Shown here piece by piece: positions 39,151 to 54,492 of a stretch of 64,000 nucleotides of DNA (its first letter is position 1; every line of letters begins with the position of its first letter). The stretch is taken from the NCBI GenBank assembly GCA_951406725.2, contig OX597828.1, positions 25,358,001-25,422,000 of the forward strand. Direction: 5' to 3'. Origin of the DNA: Octopus vulgaris (taxonomy: Eukaryota). The translations under genes were made by a program, and so were the position numbers. The notes under the pieces were generated by a model. The model was given only the letters and a program-made list of their open reading frames with translations, was not told where the DNA came from and made no database searches.

Positions 39151-39479
39151 ACCTTCATTATTTTGTAATTTTCACAATTTTTATAATCTGAAGGCGAACT
39201 CTGTGAGTAAACTAAAAACAGTCCGGGCCGAATCCGGACCTGCAATCCTCAAATTTTGGATTCCTATGTTTTCATGACTGCGATTATTTTCGGCGATTTT
39301 TTTTTTGTAACGAATATGATCATCTTTGGGATATGACCCTGGAGGAAGCAATTGCAATAAATTCTCCAAAACAAGTCCGAGATCTCTTTGTAGATCTTCC
39401 CATTCGGTGTCAGTTGCTTAAAAGCTATATATTGGTTTAAAAGCCGCCCCATCGGACGGCTTTTACGCTAGTATATATA

Positions 39480-39557
<78 letters not shown>

Positions 39558-39899
39558 ATATTATATAACACACATATACACACACGCATACATACACACA
39601 CAGTCGCACACATACACTCACACAAGCGTATATGCATATATATGTATACGTTTAAATGTTTAAATGTGTGCGTATGAATGAGTATACACATACATGTATA
39701 GATGTGAATGTGTGCGTGTGTGCGTGTGCGTGCGGCCTGAGTAAAACCCATTTCATACCTCTTCTTCACCTCCAACCCACCCACATAAAAACGTAACTGA
39801 ACTGTTCTTTCAACATGTAATTATTGATGATGTAGATGTTGCTGTTGTTAACGTTGTTATTAGTAATGTTATGGTTCACTGCTGCTGCTTTGTTTGTTG

Positions 39900-40270
39900 A
39901 GCGAAGCGGTCTTCGTCCCAGAGCTCGCAAGGTGGAAGAAGTCCGAAACGTGGTCCTTTGCTATTCGTAAGACCCGCAGAAGAGAAAGCAGGTCAACCCC
40001 CCGACACCGAGAGCATCGACGGATGGATGAATGCACTTCCAGGCTCAGCGGTTGCATAGGAAGTCGGGGACAAGAAACAGGAAGAAAGAGTGAGAGAAAG
40101 TTGGAACGAAAGAGTACAACAGGGGTCGCCACCCCCACCCCCTGTGGGAGCCTCGTGGAGCTTTAGGTGTTTTCGCTCAATAAACACACACAACGCCCGG
40201 TCTGGGAACCGAAACCGCGATCCTCCGACCGCGAGTCCGCTGCCCTAACCACTGAGCCATTGCGCCTCCA
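39900..40270 (-). mobile_element. SINE family C with a third tail type
   Basis: Head and core match 11930-12120; 39900-40070 does not. Confidence 0.8.
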
Positions 40271-40369
40271 CCCTGCTGCTGCTGCTGCTGCTGCTGCTGT
40301 TGTCGCTGTTGATGATATTGTAGACATTACTGTTATCGTTGTTACTGATTTTAAAAGATTTATTTATTT

Positions 40370-40575
40370 ATCTAGTTTCAGCTCACAAGCTGTGGCCATG
40401 CTGGGGCACCGCCATTTGGTGTTGCTACATGATTTTTCTTCACGAATGCTTTTTAGCAATTGCCATTTGGTGCATGAGAGAGTTCGATGCAGCTGCCCTC
40501 ATCTGCACCTCCTGCCGTGAAGTTGGTTCATCTGGGATACCTGACAAGAAGAGATCCAGTTTCATTTTAAAGATG
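40370..40575 (-). mobile_element. CR1-group LINE 3' end
   Basis: Reverse complement of 12440-12640. Confidence 0.85.
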
Positions 40576-40829
40576 TAGTTATTCCTGAAATAATTGACGT
40601 TGTTGTTGTTGTTGTTGCTGATGTAATTGCTATTTGTAGTTACTGTTGTAGTAGTAATAGTAGTGGTTGTTGTTGCTGTTGAGCAGGTAGTAGTGGTGGT
40701 TGCTTGCTATTGCTTATATATTTTTGGCTATAGATCCTTCCTACAAACATTGGACCTAGCGATTGGTCAAACGAAATCAATTACTGATCCTGTTATTCTT
40801 CCTGTTTCTGCTCATTACAAACGCATGCG

Positions 40830-43800
40830 CACGCAAACACATACATATACACACACACACACGAACGCACACAAACACATACATATACACACACGAACGC
40901 ACGCAAACACATACCATATACACACACGAACGCACGCAAACACATACCATATACACACACGAACGCACACAAACACATACCATATACACACACGAACGCA
41001 CGCAAACACATACCATATACACACACGAACGCACACAAACACATACATATACACACACGAACGCACACAAACACATACCATATACACACACGAACGCACA
41101 CAAACACATACCATATACACACACGAACGCACGCAAACACATACCATATACACACACGAACGCACGCAAACACATACCATATACACACACGAACGCACAC
41201 AAACACATACCATATACACACACGAACGCACGCAAACACATACCATATACACACACGAACGCACGCAAACACATACCATATACACACACGAACGCACACA
41301 AACACATACCATATACACACACGAACGCACACAAACACATACCATATACACACACGAACGCACACAAACACATACCATATACACACACGAACGCACGCAA
41401 ACACATACCATATACACACACGAACGCACGCAAACACATACCATATACACACACGAACGCACACAAACACATACATATACACACACGAACGCACGCAAAC
41501 ACATACCATATACACACACGAACGCACGCAAACACATACCATATACACACACGAACGCACACAAACACATACCATATACACACACGAACGCACACAAACA
41601 CATACCATATACACACACGAACGCACACAAACACATACCATATACACACACGAACGCACACAAACACATACCATATACACACACGAACGCACACAAACAC
41701 ATACATATACACACACGAACGCACACAAACACATACCATATACACACACGAACGCACGCAAACACATACCATATACACACACGAACGCACACAAACACAT
41801 ACATATACACACACGAACGCACACAAACACATACATATACACACACGAACGCACACAAACACATACATATACACACACGAACGCACACAAACACATACAT
41901 ATACACACACGAACGCACACAAACACATACCATATACACACACGAACGCACGCAAACACATACCATATACACACACGAACGCACACAAACACATACATAT
42001 ACACACACGAACGCACACAAACACATACATATACACACACGAACGCACACAAACACATACCATATACACACACGAACGCACACAAACACATACCATATAC
42101 ACACACGAACGCACGCAAACACATACCATATACACACACGAACGCACACAAACACATACCATATACACACACGAACGCACACAAACACATACCATATACA
42201 CACACGAACGCACACAAACACATACCATATACACACACGAACGCACGCAAACACATACCATATACACACACGAACGCACACAAACACATACCATATACAC
42301 ACACGAACGCACACAAACACATACCATATACACACACGAACGCACACAAACACATACCATATACACACACGAACGCACGCAAACACATACCATATACACA
42401 CACGAACGCACACAAACACATACCATATACACACACGAACGCACACAAACACATACCATATACACACACGAACGCACGCAAACACATACCATATACACAC
42501 ACGAACGCACACAAACACATACCATATACACACACGAACGCACACAAACACATACATATACACACACGAACGCACACAAACACATACCATATACACACAC
42601 GAACGCACACAAACACATACCATATACACACACGAACGCACACAAACACATACCATATACACACACGAACGCACACAAACACATACCATATACACACACG
42701 AACGCACACAAACACATACCATATACACACACGAACGCACACAAACACATACCATATACACACACGAACGCACGCAAACACATACCATATACACACACGA
42801 ACGCACACAAACACATACCATATACACACACGAACGCACACAAACACATACCATATACACACACGAACGCACACAAACACATACCATATACACACACGAA
42901 CGCACGCAAACACATACCATATACACACACGAACGCACACAAACACATACCATATACACACACGAACGCACACAAACACATACATATACACACACGAACG
43001 CACACAAACACATACCATATACACACACGAACGCACACAAACACATACCACATACACACACGAACGCACGCAAACACATACCATATACACACACGAACGC
43101 ACACAAACACATACATATACACACACGAACGCACACAAACACATACCATATACACACACGAACGCACACAAACACATACCATATACACACACGAACGCAC
43201 ACAAACACATACATATACACACACGAACGCACACAAACACATACATATACACACACGAACGCACACAAACACATACCATATACACACACGAACGCACGCA
43301 AACACATACCATATACACACACGAACGCACACAAACACATACATATACACACACGAACGCACACAAACACATACCATATACACACACGAACGCACGCAAA
43401 CACATACCATATACACACACGAACGCACACAAACACATACATATACACACACGAACGCACACAAACACATACCATATACACACACGAACGCACGCAAACA
43501 CATACCATATACACACACGAACGCACACAAACACATACATATACACACACGAACGCACACAAACACATACATATACACACACGAACGCACACAAACACAT
43601 ACCATATACACACACGAACGCACGCAAACACATACCATATACACACACGAACGCACACAAACACATACCATATACACACACGAACGCACACAAACACATA
43701 CCATATACACACACGAACGCACACAAACACATACCATATACACACACGAACGCACGCAAACACATACCATATACACACACGAACGCACACAAACACATAC

Positions 43801-44422
43801 CATATACACACACGAACGCACACAAACACATACCATATACACACACACGAACGCACGCAAACACATACCATATACACACACGAACGCACACAAACACATA
43901 CCATATACACACACGAACGCACACAAACACATACCATATACACACACGAACGCACGCAAACACATACCATATACACACACGAACGCACACAAACACATAC
44001 CATATACACACACGAACGCACACAAACACATACCATATACACACACGAACGCACACAAACACATACCATATACACACACGAACGCACACAAACACATACC
44101 ATATAAACACACGAACGCACACAAACACATACATATACACACACGAACGCACACAAACACATACCATATACACACACGAACGCACACAAACACATACCAT
44201 ATACACGCACGAACGCACGCAAACACATACCATATACACACACGAACGCACACAAACACATACCATATACACGCACGAACGCACGCAAACACATACCATA
44301 TACACACACGAACGCACACAAACACATACATATAAACACACGAACGCACACAAACACATACCATATACACACACGAACGCACGCAAACACATACCATATA
44401 CACACACGAACGCACACAAACA
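40830..44422. repeat. 33-bp minisatellite (acacacacgaacgcacacaaacacataccatat), roughly 108 units
   Basis: 11-aa periodicity in all translated frames; variants gcacac/gcacgc and 32-bp catacatat units. Confidence 0.97.
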
Positions 44423-44722
44423 GCCGTCACTAGCAAGCGAGGATGACTTCGTAGCATCTATTATGGCTTCGTTAACCGTTTCGCATGTCCAAAGAAACAT
44501 ACATGGACATCTCTATACATATCTTAATCTCCACAGTGAATCACATATCCTTCGCTATACTTGTCGAAGTAATGACAAATAAGGCAAACAAAAGAGTGTC
44601 AACGACTGTTGGAAGTAACAACTAAATTTCCATCGCATTGTTTCAAAAATAACGAACACGTTGCATGATATGATCCTGAGTTCCTTGAACAGAGGACGAA
44701 GACAAAAGGTTCATGACTGGAA

Positions 44723-45510
44723 TACCTGTTTCTTTACTGCCCACAAGGGGCTAAACACAGAGGGGACAAACAAGGACAGAAAAAAGGATTAAGTCGATTA
44801 TATCGACCCCAGTGCGTAACTGGTACTTATTTAATCGACCCCGAAAGGATGAAAGGCAAAGTCGACCTCGGCGGAATTTGAACTCAGAACGTAACGACAG
44901 ACGAAATACCTATTTCTTTATTACCCACAAGGGGCTAAACACAGAGGGGACAAACAAGGACAGAAAAAAGGATTAAGTCGATTATATCGACCCCAGTGCG
45001 TAACTGGTACTTATTTAATCGACCCCGAAAGGATGAAAGGCAAAGTCGACCTCGGCGGAATTTGAACTCAGAACGTAACGACAGACGAAATACCTATTTC
45101 TTTATTACCCACAAGGGGCTAAACACAGAGGGGACAAACAAGGACAGAAAAAAAGGATTAAGTCGATTATATCGACCCCAGTGCGTAACTGGTACTTATT
45201 TAATCGACCCCGAAAGGATGAAAGGCAAAGTCGACCTCGGCGGAATTTGAACTCAGAACGTAACGGCAGACGAAATACCTATTTCTTTATTACCCACAAT
45301 GGGCTAAACACAGAGGGGACAAACAAGGACAGACAAACGGATTAAGTCGATTATATCGACCCCAGTGCGTAACTGGTACTTATTTAATCGACCCCGAAAG
45401 GATGAAAGGCAAAGTCGACCTCGGCCGAATTTGAACTCAGAACGTAACGGCAGACGAAATACGGCTACTCATTTCGCCCGACGTGTTAACGATTCTGCCA
45501 GCTCGCCGCC
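44723..45510 (-). mobile_element. Tandem SINE-B array: head plus four bodies
   Basis: Same architecture as 8470-9260. Confidence 0.92.
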
Positions 45511-45567
45511 TTTCGCATGTCCATATAATGGCGACAATTCTCAGCTCTTCAACCATTGAATGTATGT

Positions 45568-45641
<74 letters not shown>

Positions 45642-45877
45642 GTGTTCTGTAATGCATTTTACATGGTTAGATCAAATAAGACAGAGCGTACTCAATACAG
45701 GGGTATTCTTTCCATTTTCAGCCCACGACTCGCATATCCATTAGACCCGAATTTCAGCTTTACGCATGGATGTCATAACTGTACAAATAGTTATATAGGT
45801 CTCTCTCTCTCCCTCTCTCTCTCGGCATTTTACTTGTTTCACTCATTTGACTGCGGCCATGTTGGAGCACCATTTGT

Positions 45878-45951
<74 letters not shown>

Positions 45952-46413
45952 CTACACACACACACACACACACGAACACGAGCGCACAAATATACATTCA
46001 CAGACAGATTTAATAACAGTTTGACTCGGTTCCACATAACATATAGTTTCGTAGGGTCTGTCAAACTCATCAGATATTAGGACACAGAGTGGAAGGTTTG
46101 AGAGAACTACAAGATGGCTTCAAGGGGTTGAAGATGGAGGGCTACAGGGCTGCGTGAACACTGGGCATGTAATTATTTATCGATCGGACGGTGCGTTGTG
46201 TTCTTGAGCAAGTTCTTCATATGTTCAGGAGTACCAGCCTACTGGAGGTTTAGGTCCGGCTCTCTGTCAGTTCCCCAACTGTCACATCATTGCGGTTTCC
46301 TCCGGTTTCAGTGTTAGGGGTCTGAGACATTATCTATTTCTACTTTCCACTTCAGGGATCAATGAAGCAATTTGCAGTCTAGGGACATACTCGAAGGTAA
46401 GTTAGGATTAAGC

Positions 46414-46501
<88 letters not shown>

Positions 46502-46681
46502 TTATTTATTTATTTTCTTTTTGTTCTTTTCTTCCCTTTTACGATCCCTCTTGATCGAAAACCTACGCCACCTCTTTTTTTAAAAATTTTTTTCTTCGTT
46601 TTTTTTTCATCCCCCAAAAGAAAAGCTGTACCTTGTAACTTGTCCCATCTGTGTGCAGCCCTGTGTGGCCAATAAAGAAAC

Positions 46682-46765
<84 letters not shown>

Positions 46766-46786
46766 AAACACACACGCACACGCACA

Positions 46787-46829
<43 letters not shown>

Positions 46830-47410
46830 CGTGTTTGTTTTGTTTTGGAGAGATTCATATAAAGCTTTAACTTTCATTATAGTAGCATCTATGGAAGACT
46901 GGTGGGATTATTTGTATGGACTTGGTCGCAATTTAGCATATAGTTTAGTTACAGCAGTCTACTATTAATACCGATGCAATGTAAATTGGTTTATATGTTT
47001 CTTTGTTGCAGTTTATTAAAGTTAGTGTTTGATCCTGTCTATAAATGGATTGATTGAAATAATGAGGTTATTAAGCGTTTACTACGGAAGATGGTAGAGA
47101 TTATAATTTTTGTATGACTTTATAGATTTGTTGCTGTTTAGTTCCGTATTTAGGAGTGGTTGTAATTTACTTATTGAATTTATTTATCGATACGATTATA
47201 CATACGGTAAATGTGTTTGAACATTGTGGTTTCTTTGGTTTGTTTGTTTGTTCCCAAACACAACACCTATTTTAAGGCCTGTTGACACCACCGGATTGAA
47301 CGATATTGCCCAGGTGTCGAAAGCATAATGATATCCGGGGGGCAGCTGATGATGGAGGTATGTTAGATTGTTGGCATGGCTTTAGAATAGTATCATAACA
47401 CATCCTTTTG

Positions 47411-47464
<54 letters not shown>

Positions 47465-47569
47465 ATATATATGTATATAGTAACGCTCTTTTGCCACTAT
47501 AACATGGCTGTTCTATAAATTGTTACTACTTATATCTCGTTTAGAGATTTTAGAATTAGCTACTTTGCT

Positions 47570-47626
<57 letters not shown>

Positions 47627-47630
<4 letters not shown>

Positions 47631-47957
47631 GAAATGAAGAAAATGCTGACAAAATAATTTAAGTAAGGGAGAGTGTATTTAATTAGGTGAAAGTTCTTTT
47701 TACCGGTTGCGCATTTGTTATGCTTATCAAAAGATATTTTTAAAGAGAGATAGAGTTCCTTTCTGATAGATTTTTTCTCTTATCTGACCAACGTCAGATA
47801 AGAGAAAAAAAATCTATCAGAAAGGAACTCTATCTCTCTTTAAAAAATATCTTTTGATAAGCATAACAAATGCGCAACCGGTAAAAAGAACTTTCACCTA
47901 ATTAAATACACTCTCCCTTACTTAAATTATTTTGTCAGCATTTTCTTCATTTCCTTT
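47627..47957. repeat. Near-perfect palindrome (~162-bp arms, loop caac) between (TA)n tracts
   Basis: Arms differ visibly only in homopolymer lengths; decayed hammerhead-like motif at 47851-47888. Confidence 0.95.
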
Positions 47958-47991
47958 TTTTATATACCACAACTTGTGTTCCACATCTCCT

Positions 47992-48058
<67 letters not shown>

Positions 48059-48504
48059 TATTGGGAGATGATTCTTCACCCGGTATCTGAATATAAGAGG
48101 GAGAGAGAAATGTATGTATGTATGTATGTATAGGTATGTGTGTATGCATGCAAGTATGTATGTATGTACATGTGTGTGTGTATGAATGACTATGTATGCT
48201 TGTATATACACATGCGTGCGTGTGTGTGTGTAAAGAGAGAGAGAGAGAGAGAGAGGGGGGGCAGAAGGAGAAAGTCAATAGCGTCATGGCACCAGGAACG
48301 GGTACTTGGTGCTTAGTTATTGGTAATACTGCTGTCGTCATGATTTGATCTCAAGAATCGTGTCTGTTAAAAATCGAAATTCACCAAAGAGACGCAGTCA
48401 GAATCTCACACGCTCCATCGACCAAGCGTGAGCAACATCAATCTACGCACACGACTTCGTTTACCGTATCTGGTCGTTACATTAGCATGCGAGATCCGTC
48501 ACGC

Positions 48505-48571
<67 letters not shown>

Positions 48572-48727
48572 CATTCAGTCTCTCTCTCTCTCTCTTTCAC
48601 CTTTTATGTGTGTGTGTGTGTGAGTGTGTGCCCGCCCCTATATTAGTATATATGAGTAAATATAAATCTATATGCATGTATGTGTATAGATGTATGAATG
48701 TGCATTTGTATATGGCAATAATATATA

Positions 48728-49050
<323 letters not shown>

Positions 49051-49076
49051 TGTATATACAGATATGTATGTATGTA

Positions 49077-49117
<41 letters not shown>

Positions 49118-49563
49118 ATATATATATTTATATATAAGTACACACAGAGACATATATAGGGAGCGAATGTGACAGAGAGTGGGGGTGAGAGGGAGAGAAA
49201 ACTAGTCGAAAACTAATAAACATGACCCCAGCGTATTCCCATACACGCACACACGAATACATGCCCTCACACCCGCTCGCCCACACGCACACATGCATAC
49301 ATACACCCGCACACCAAAGCAAACCAGCCTCACTTCCCTCAAGCATTTACTAGGAATTAACAAACATTTACTCTTGTAGAGGAACTTAACTTTACGAATA
49401 CTGTAAGTTCTGTAACACCAAAGGCCCTGTATTTGTTTATATATTTATAACTAATGAAGGATAAAATTTTTTTCGGGAAAAATTTTTTATCAATTTTATC
49501 AAATATTGTCTTTTTTTCGGCATATTTGGCATTAGAATTTTTCTTTTGCCCCTATCTTGTAAA

Positions 49564-50042
49564 TCTCTATATATAAAACTGTAGTTGTGTGAGTATCTGT
49601 CCCCTTCGATTTAGATTCCTAACTACTCCCACATTAGAGTCCGTCTGAGTATTAGCCCGTCTGGGTATTAGCGCGCGTCTACGATGAGTCTACGATTTTA
49701 AAAATAATTTAACATCATTTTTTATTCCATTTTAATGCATAATTTTTCGTGTGTCGATGGCGGCGGAATTGGCGTCCATGGTCACACCTGCACCTGTTTG
49801 CTTCTCCCCCTTCTTCCATCCCTCGTGAAGCTGTGGGGAAGGGAGTGTAAGGAAATCAACGTCGTAAAGCGTTGTCAAGGAGACCAGCGTTCTTTTAGAA
49901 CAACGACTTCATGGCTTGAAGTCGCCAAAACAGAAATGGCTAAGAAAGCCCGAATTGGCATCTATAAGGGAAGTAACTCTCTAAAAATGCTTATATAGTT
50001 ATTTCCCTTACAAACCCGAGCAACGCCGGGCGATACTGCTAG
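49564..50042 (+). mobile_element. Non-autonomous Helitron
   Basis: A|TC start, subterminal hairpin cccgagcaacgccggg, CTAG|T end, no TSD. Confidence 0.8.
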
Positions 50043-50272
50043 TTATTTATATATTTATGTATTTATTCTTTTTTGACACAACAGTTTTGTTTTTAACTCC
50101 GACGCAGCTAATCAATACAGTGCCAGTTTGACACACCAGTTTCGCAGTGTTCTCGCCGATGCGTATCTCTTTCGCCAATATATAACAAATATAGATTCAC
50201 ATACGTACACGCATATGCATACACAGATATTTGTGCGTATCAGACCAGTTTATATCCACGTATCCATGCATA

Positions 50273-50630
50273 TTTATTTCTTTACTACTCACAAGGGGCT
50301 AAACACAAAGGGGACAAACAAGGACAGTCAAACGGATTAAGTCGATTACATCGACCCCAGTGCGTAACTGGTACTTGATTTATCGACCCCGAAAGGATGA
50401 AAGGCAAAGTCGACCTTGGCGGAATTTGAACTCAGAACATAACGGCAGACAAAATACCTATTTCTTTACAACCCACAACGGGCGAAACACAGAGGGAACA
50501 AACAAGGACAGTCAAACAGATTAAGTCGATTACATCGACCTCGGCGGAATTTGAACCCAGAACGTAACGGCAGATGAAATACGGCTACGCATTTCGCCCG
50601 GCGTGCTAACGTTTCTGCCAGCTCGCCGCC
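50273..50630 (-). mobile_element. SINE-B dimer with 12-bp TSD
   Basis: tatccatgcata at 50261-50272 and 50631-50642. Confidence 0.9.
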
Positions 50631-51530
50631 TATCCATGCATAGTATCCGACCAGAAGAGTCATGGGGGTAGAGTCCTCAGGTACCACCTTCACAGGGTCC
50701 AATCAGAAGCAACCGTAATTAAAATTTTCTCTTGCATTCCCATGCATGACCACCTGAAACTATAAATATTATCCAATCATCTTGCTTTTGATCTACCATG
50801 TGATCTCCAGCCGGTTTACTTGGTCTGTGGGATCCGCATTGCGATCTTTTCCTACCAGCTTCTAACTATATGTCCCTAATACTAGCACTGCGACCTCTCA
50901 ATGCTGAGAGGTCGAGGCTTGACCTAGAAAGCGTCCTTGAATTGTGTATGACAAGGGATTTGAACGTCTGGAAAGACACCAAAAAGCAATGGCAATCCAG
51001 AATGGTAATTTCAATCTTTAAGAAAAGAGAGGTGGGGTAAAACAGAATACACTAAGTAGTAAGGAATCTCATTGTTGAGCTGAACTCCCCAAGTAAAGCC
51101 TGGGAAAGAGATGCAGCGATATTGTCGATCCAAAGTAGCTGAAGACCAATATATATATATATATATATATATACATCGATGTAGTACGAAACGATCGTAC
51201 CAAATTACCGGAGTCATTCTTGTTGCTTATTTTGATTATAATCACCCCACGGATGATTTTTACGGATAACACCATACAAAATTCTGGTGCATCTAAATTA
51301 AGTACCATATTCATTTGAATTTAAATTTTTGCTGAACTTTTATATATATATATATATATATAAACAAAGTTAAATGCGATACAATAAAATTAATTATAAT
51401 CGCCGGTGTACCAGTACACGCCATATATTATTCATATATCATTACATTCAAGGCGAAGAGTGCACTAGATACACAAAAGCTGGATAAATTTAGTGAGATG
51501 AAAATTAAAAACTTTTACAAACTTAGCTTT

Positions 51531-51603
51531 TCTTATACTGCAGTTTCGCCAAATTCAGTAATAAAAATAATATTTATTTACTCAGGCTGGCTCTTCAGTA
51601 AGA
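51531..51603 (-). ncRNA. Type I hammerhead ribozyme motif, intact core
   Basis: Minus strand: tctta-CTGAAGA-gcca...tggc-GAAA-ctgcag-TA-taaga. 5-bp stem I, palindromic ACTGCAGT stem III, GUA site. Confidence 0.85.
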
Positions 51604-51775
51604 TTCCTGTTAATGATGGGAAGACCATATTAATAGACCCATGTGCGTCTATTGAAATGCTCTTTCTAAACTATTCAAAACACTGCGCAGACTCAGAACA
51701 AACCCGACAAAATAGGGGATTGTGGTATATCGTCTAACGGTCAGAAATTTATCGAGAGAATATGTAAACAAGAGA

Positions 51776-51851
<76 letters not shown>

Positions 51852-52043
51852 CAAATAAAAAAATGGAGAGGATAAACAATCGACAAACATCAGTCTGTAA
51901 ACATTCAATTATATCTATTTATTAATTGATTACACTCATATGTGTAAGTGATCTCAATAAACGAATGAAATAAGCAAGTAAATAAATAAATGAAAATAAA
52001 TGAAAACAAACAAATAAGAATAAATGAGTAAACAAATACTAAA

Positions 52044-52175
52044 CTCTTACAGGTGTTTCTACCATGGGGTTACCAAATCTTCCAAGTTTTCCACATCACG
52101 CCAGTGATATACAGGGATGAACAAACATTGGACAGGGGTTGGACAATGGTTGAGCCCCAAGGCTTCGTCAGAGAG
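52044..52175 (-). ncRNA. Type I hammerhead motif with ~100-nt stem II
   Basis: Minus strand: ctct-CTGACGA-agccttgggg...ccccatggta-GAAA-cacctg-TA-agag. Confidence 0.6.
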
Positions 52176-52250
52176 ACCAAATGTTAGGAAACTAACATGT
52201 GGGGAACAAAGTTAAAATAATAAAGTAAAATAAAAATAATATAATAGAAA

Positions 52251-52415
52251 GGCGCAGGAGTGGCTGTGTGGTAAGTAGCTTGCTAACCAACCACATGGTT
52301 CCGGGTTCAGTCCCACTGCCTGGCATCTTGGGCAAATGACTTCTGCTATAGCCCTGTGCCGACCAATGCCTTGTGAGTGGATTTGGTAGACGGAAACTGA
52401 AAGAAGCCTGTCGTA

Positions 52416-52460
<45 letters not shown>

Positions 52461-52683
52461 TTGTGTGTCTGTGTTTGTCCCCCTAGCATTGCTTGACAAC
52501 CGATGCTGGTGTGTTTATGTCCCCGTTACTTAGCGGTTCGGCAAAAAGAGACCGATAGAATAAGTACTGAGCTTACAAAAGAATAAGTCCTGGGGTCGAG
52601 TTGCTCGACTAAAGGTGGTGCTCCAGCATGGCCGCAGTCAAATGACTGAAACAAGTAAAAGAGTAAAAGAGTAAAGAGTAAAG
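52251..52683 (+). mobile_element. SINE family A, full length
   Basis: ggcgcaggagtggctgtgtggtaag head through (gtaaaaga)n tail. Confidence 0.92.
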
Positions 52684-52959
52684 GAATGGTAAGAACGTCA
52701 TTGCAAGGCGCTGTCATAATCCATGGTGTTAGAAGAAAGTGACTTCTCGGAGAAATTTCTGCAGGCTGTGAGGGTTACCGTGTTTCAAGTATACTGGGGG
52801 GGGGGAGCGAGGGTAAGAAGTTGCGTAGTTAGTTTTAATGGTATGGTCCATGTCATAGGGGGTCAGAGGTTAGAGGCGAACTGCTATTTACTGAGGGAGT
52901 ATAAAAAGAATTGGCAGAATTAACTTAAATTGAACCGGTTTGGGGAAATTCAATACATA

Positions 52960-53200
52960 AGCTGAGGGACCTGCATGGTGTAGATGCGGATGTCTTGAAA
53001 GTAGGACTGGATCTCTTCCTGTCAGGTGTCCCGGATGAACCAACTTCACGGCAGGAGATGCAGATGAGGGCAGCTGCATCGAACTCTCTCATGCATCAGA
53101 TGGCGTTTGCTAAAAAGCATCCGTGATGTAAAATCGTGTAGCAAACCAAATGGCGGTGCCCCAGCATGGCCACAGCTCATTAGCTGAAACTGGAAAAATC
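52960..53200 (+). mobile_element. CR1-group LINE 3' end
   Basis: Highly similar to 12408-12645. Confidence 0.88.
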
Positions 53201-53850
53201 AAAATCATCAAAATCAAAATAAGTATATCGATGAAAGAAACATTAAGGAAAACCTTAGTGCGATGTTATTACTTGTTACTCATTAACAGAAACCTAATTC
53301 CAATACCCCTATGGGTAGTAGGGTGAGGTCAAAGTCAATCCTACAACTTAATTGGTCAGCTGATATTTGAAAACAATGGCGTTGTCCAGGTTCGTTAAAA
53401 CTATCAATAAAGTACAGGACAAGTAAAATGAAAAATAAAAATATTTAAGGAATGAATAGTCTAAGGGCTTTTGCTAATGAATGGGCGACGACTTACGGAT
53501 ATGGATATTGTGTTTTATATGAATATATCTGAGATATATATATATCAAATTAACAAGTAATTTTCTTATTTGCCTTATAAATTTCCATTTTCCTTATTTG
53601 CCTTATAAATCCTGGTAAAATTTTGTTTTGCCCCCACCCATATCTAGTATTCATTTGCGATATTGCCCTGCAATAGTTAGCACATGAATATAAATACGTA
53701 CGTATACAACAAGTAGTATATTGGATATTTAATATATCCCTTAGATGGTTACGTAACCCCTAACTCGTACAGACATATATATATATATATATATCCCTAA
53801 AAAGAAAATGTAAAGTATTAGCAGACGCTCAGGGAAGGAGAGAAAAATGG

Positions 53851-53884
53851 TTTAACATTTCGAGCAACACTCTTCTTCAGAAAC
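53851..53884 (-). ncRNA. Minimal hammerhead-like motif (paralog of 38369-38401)
   Basis: Minus strand: ttt-CTGAAGA-a-gagt(gtt)gctc-GAAA-tgt-TA-aa; flanks share gagcgtc and cgttggcgatttt. Confidence 0.55.
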
Positions 53885-54005
53885 AGAGTAAAGTCCAATA
53901 GAAAGGAAACAAACGAAGAAAATCGCCAACGATTCACATGTGGTTACATGTTTGATATAAATATCAAAAATGTAACCACATCAAGTCTGATATGTATATA
54001 TATAT

Positions 54006-54234
<229 letters not shown>

Positions 54235-54283
54235 TATATTAATTTTTTAATGTTTCTTTATTAAACCTTTACACACGCACACA

Positions 54284-54343
<60 letters not shown>

Positions 54344-54429
54344 CTTATATACATATGTGTATATATATAAATATATATATATATAGATAGATAGATATAT
54401 ACATGTATATATGCAGAGGGAGAGAGGGA

Positions 54430-54492
<63 letters not shown>

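Noticed and set aside
40627-44500. Five ORFs of 1159-1235 aa
   Set aside because: Translations of a stop-free 33-bp minisatellite; open on both strands
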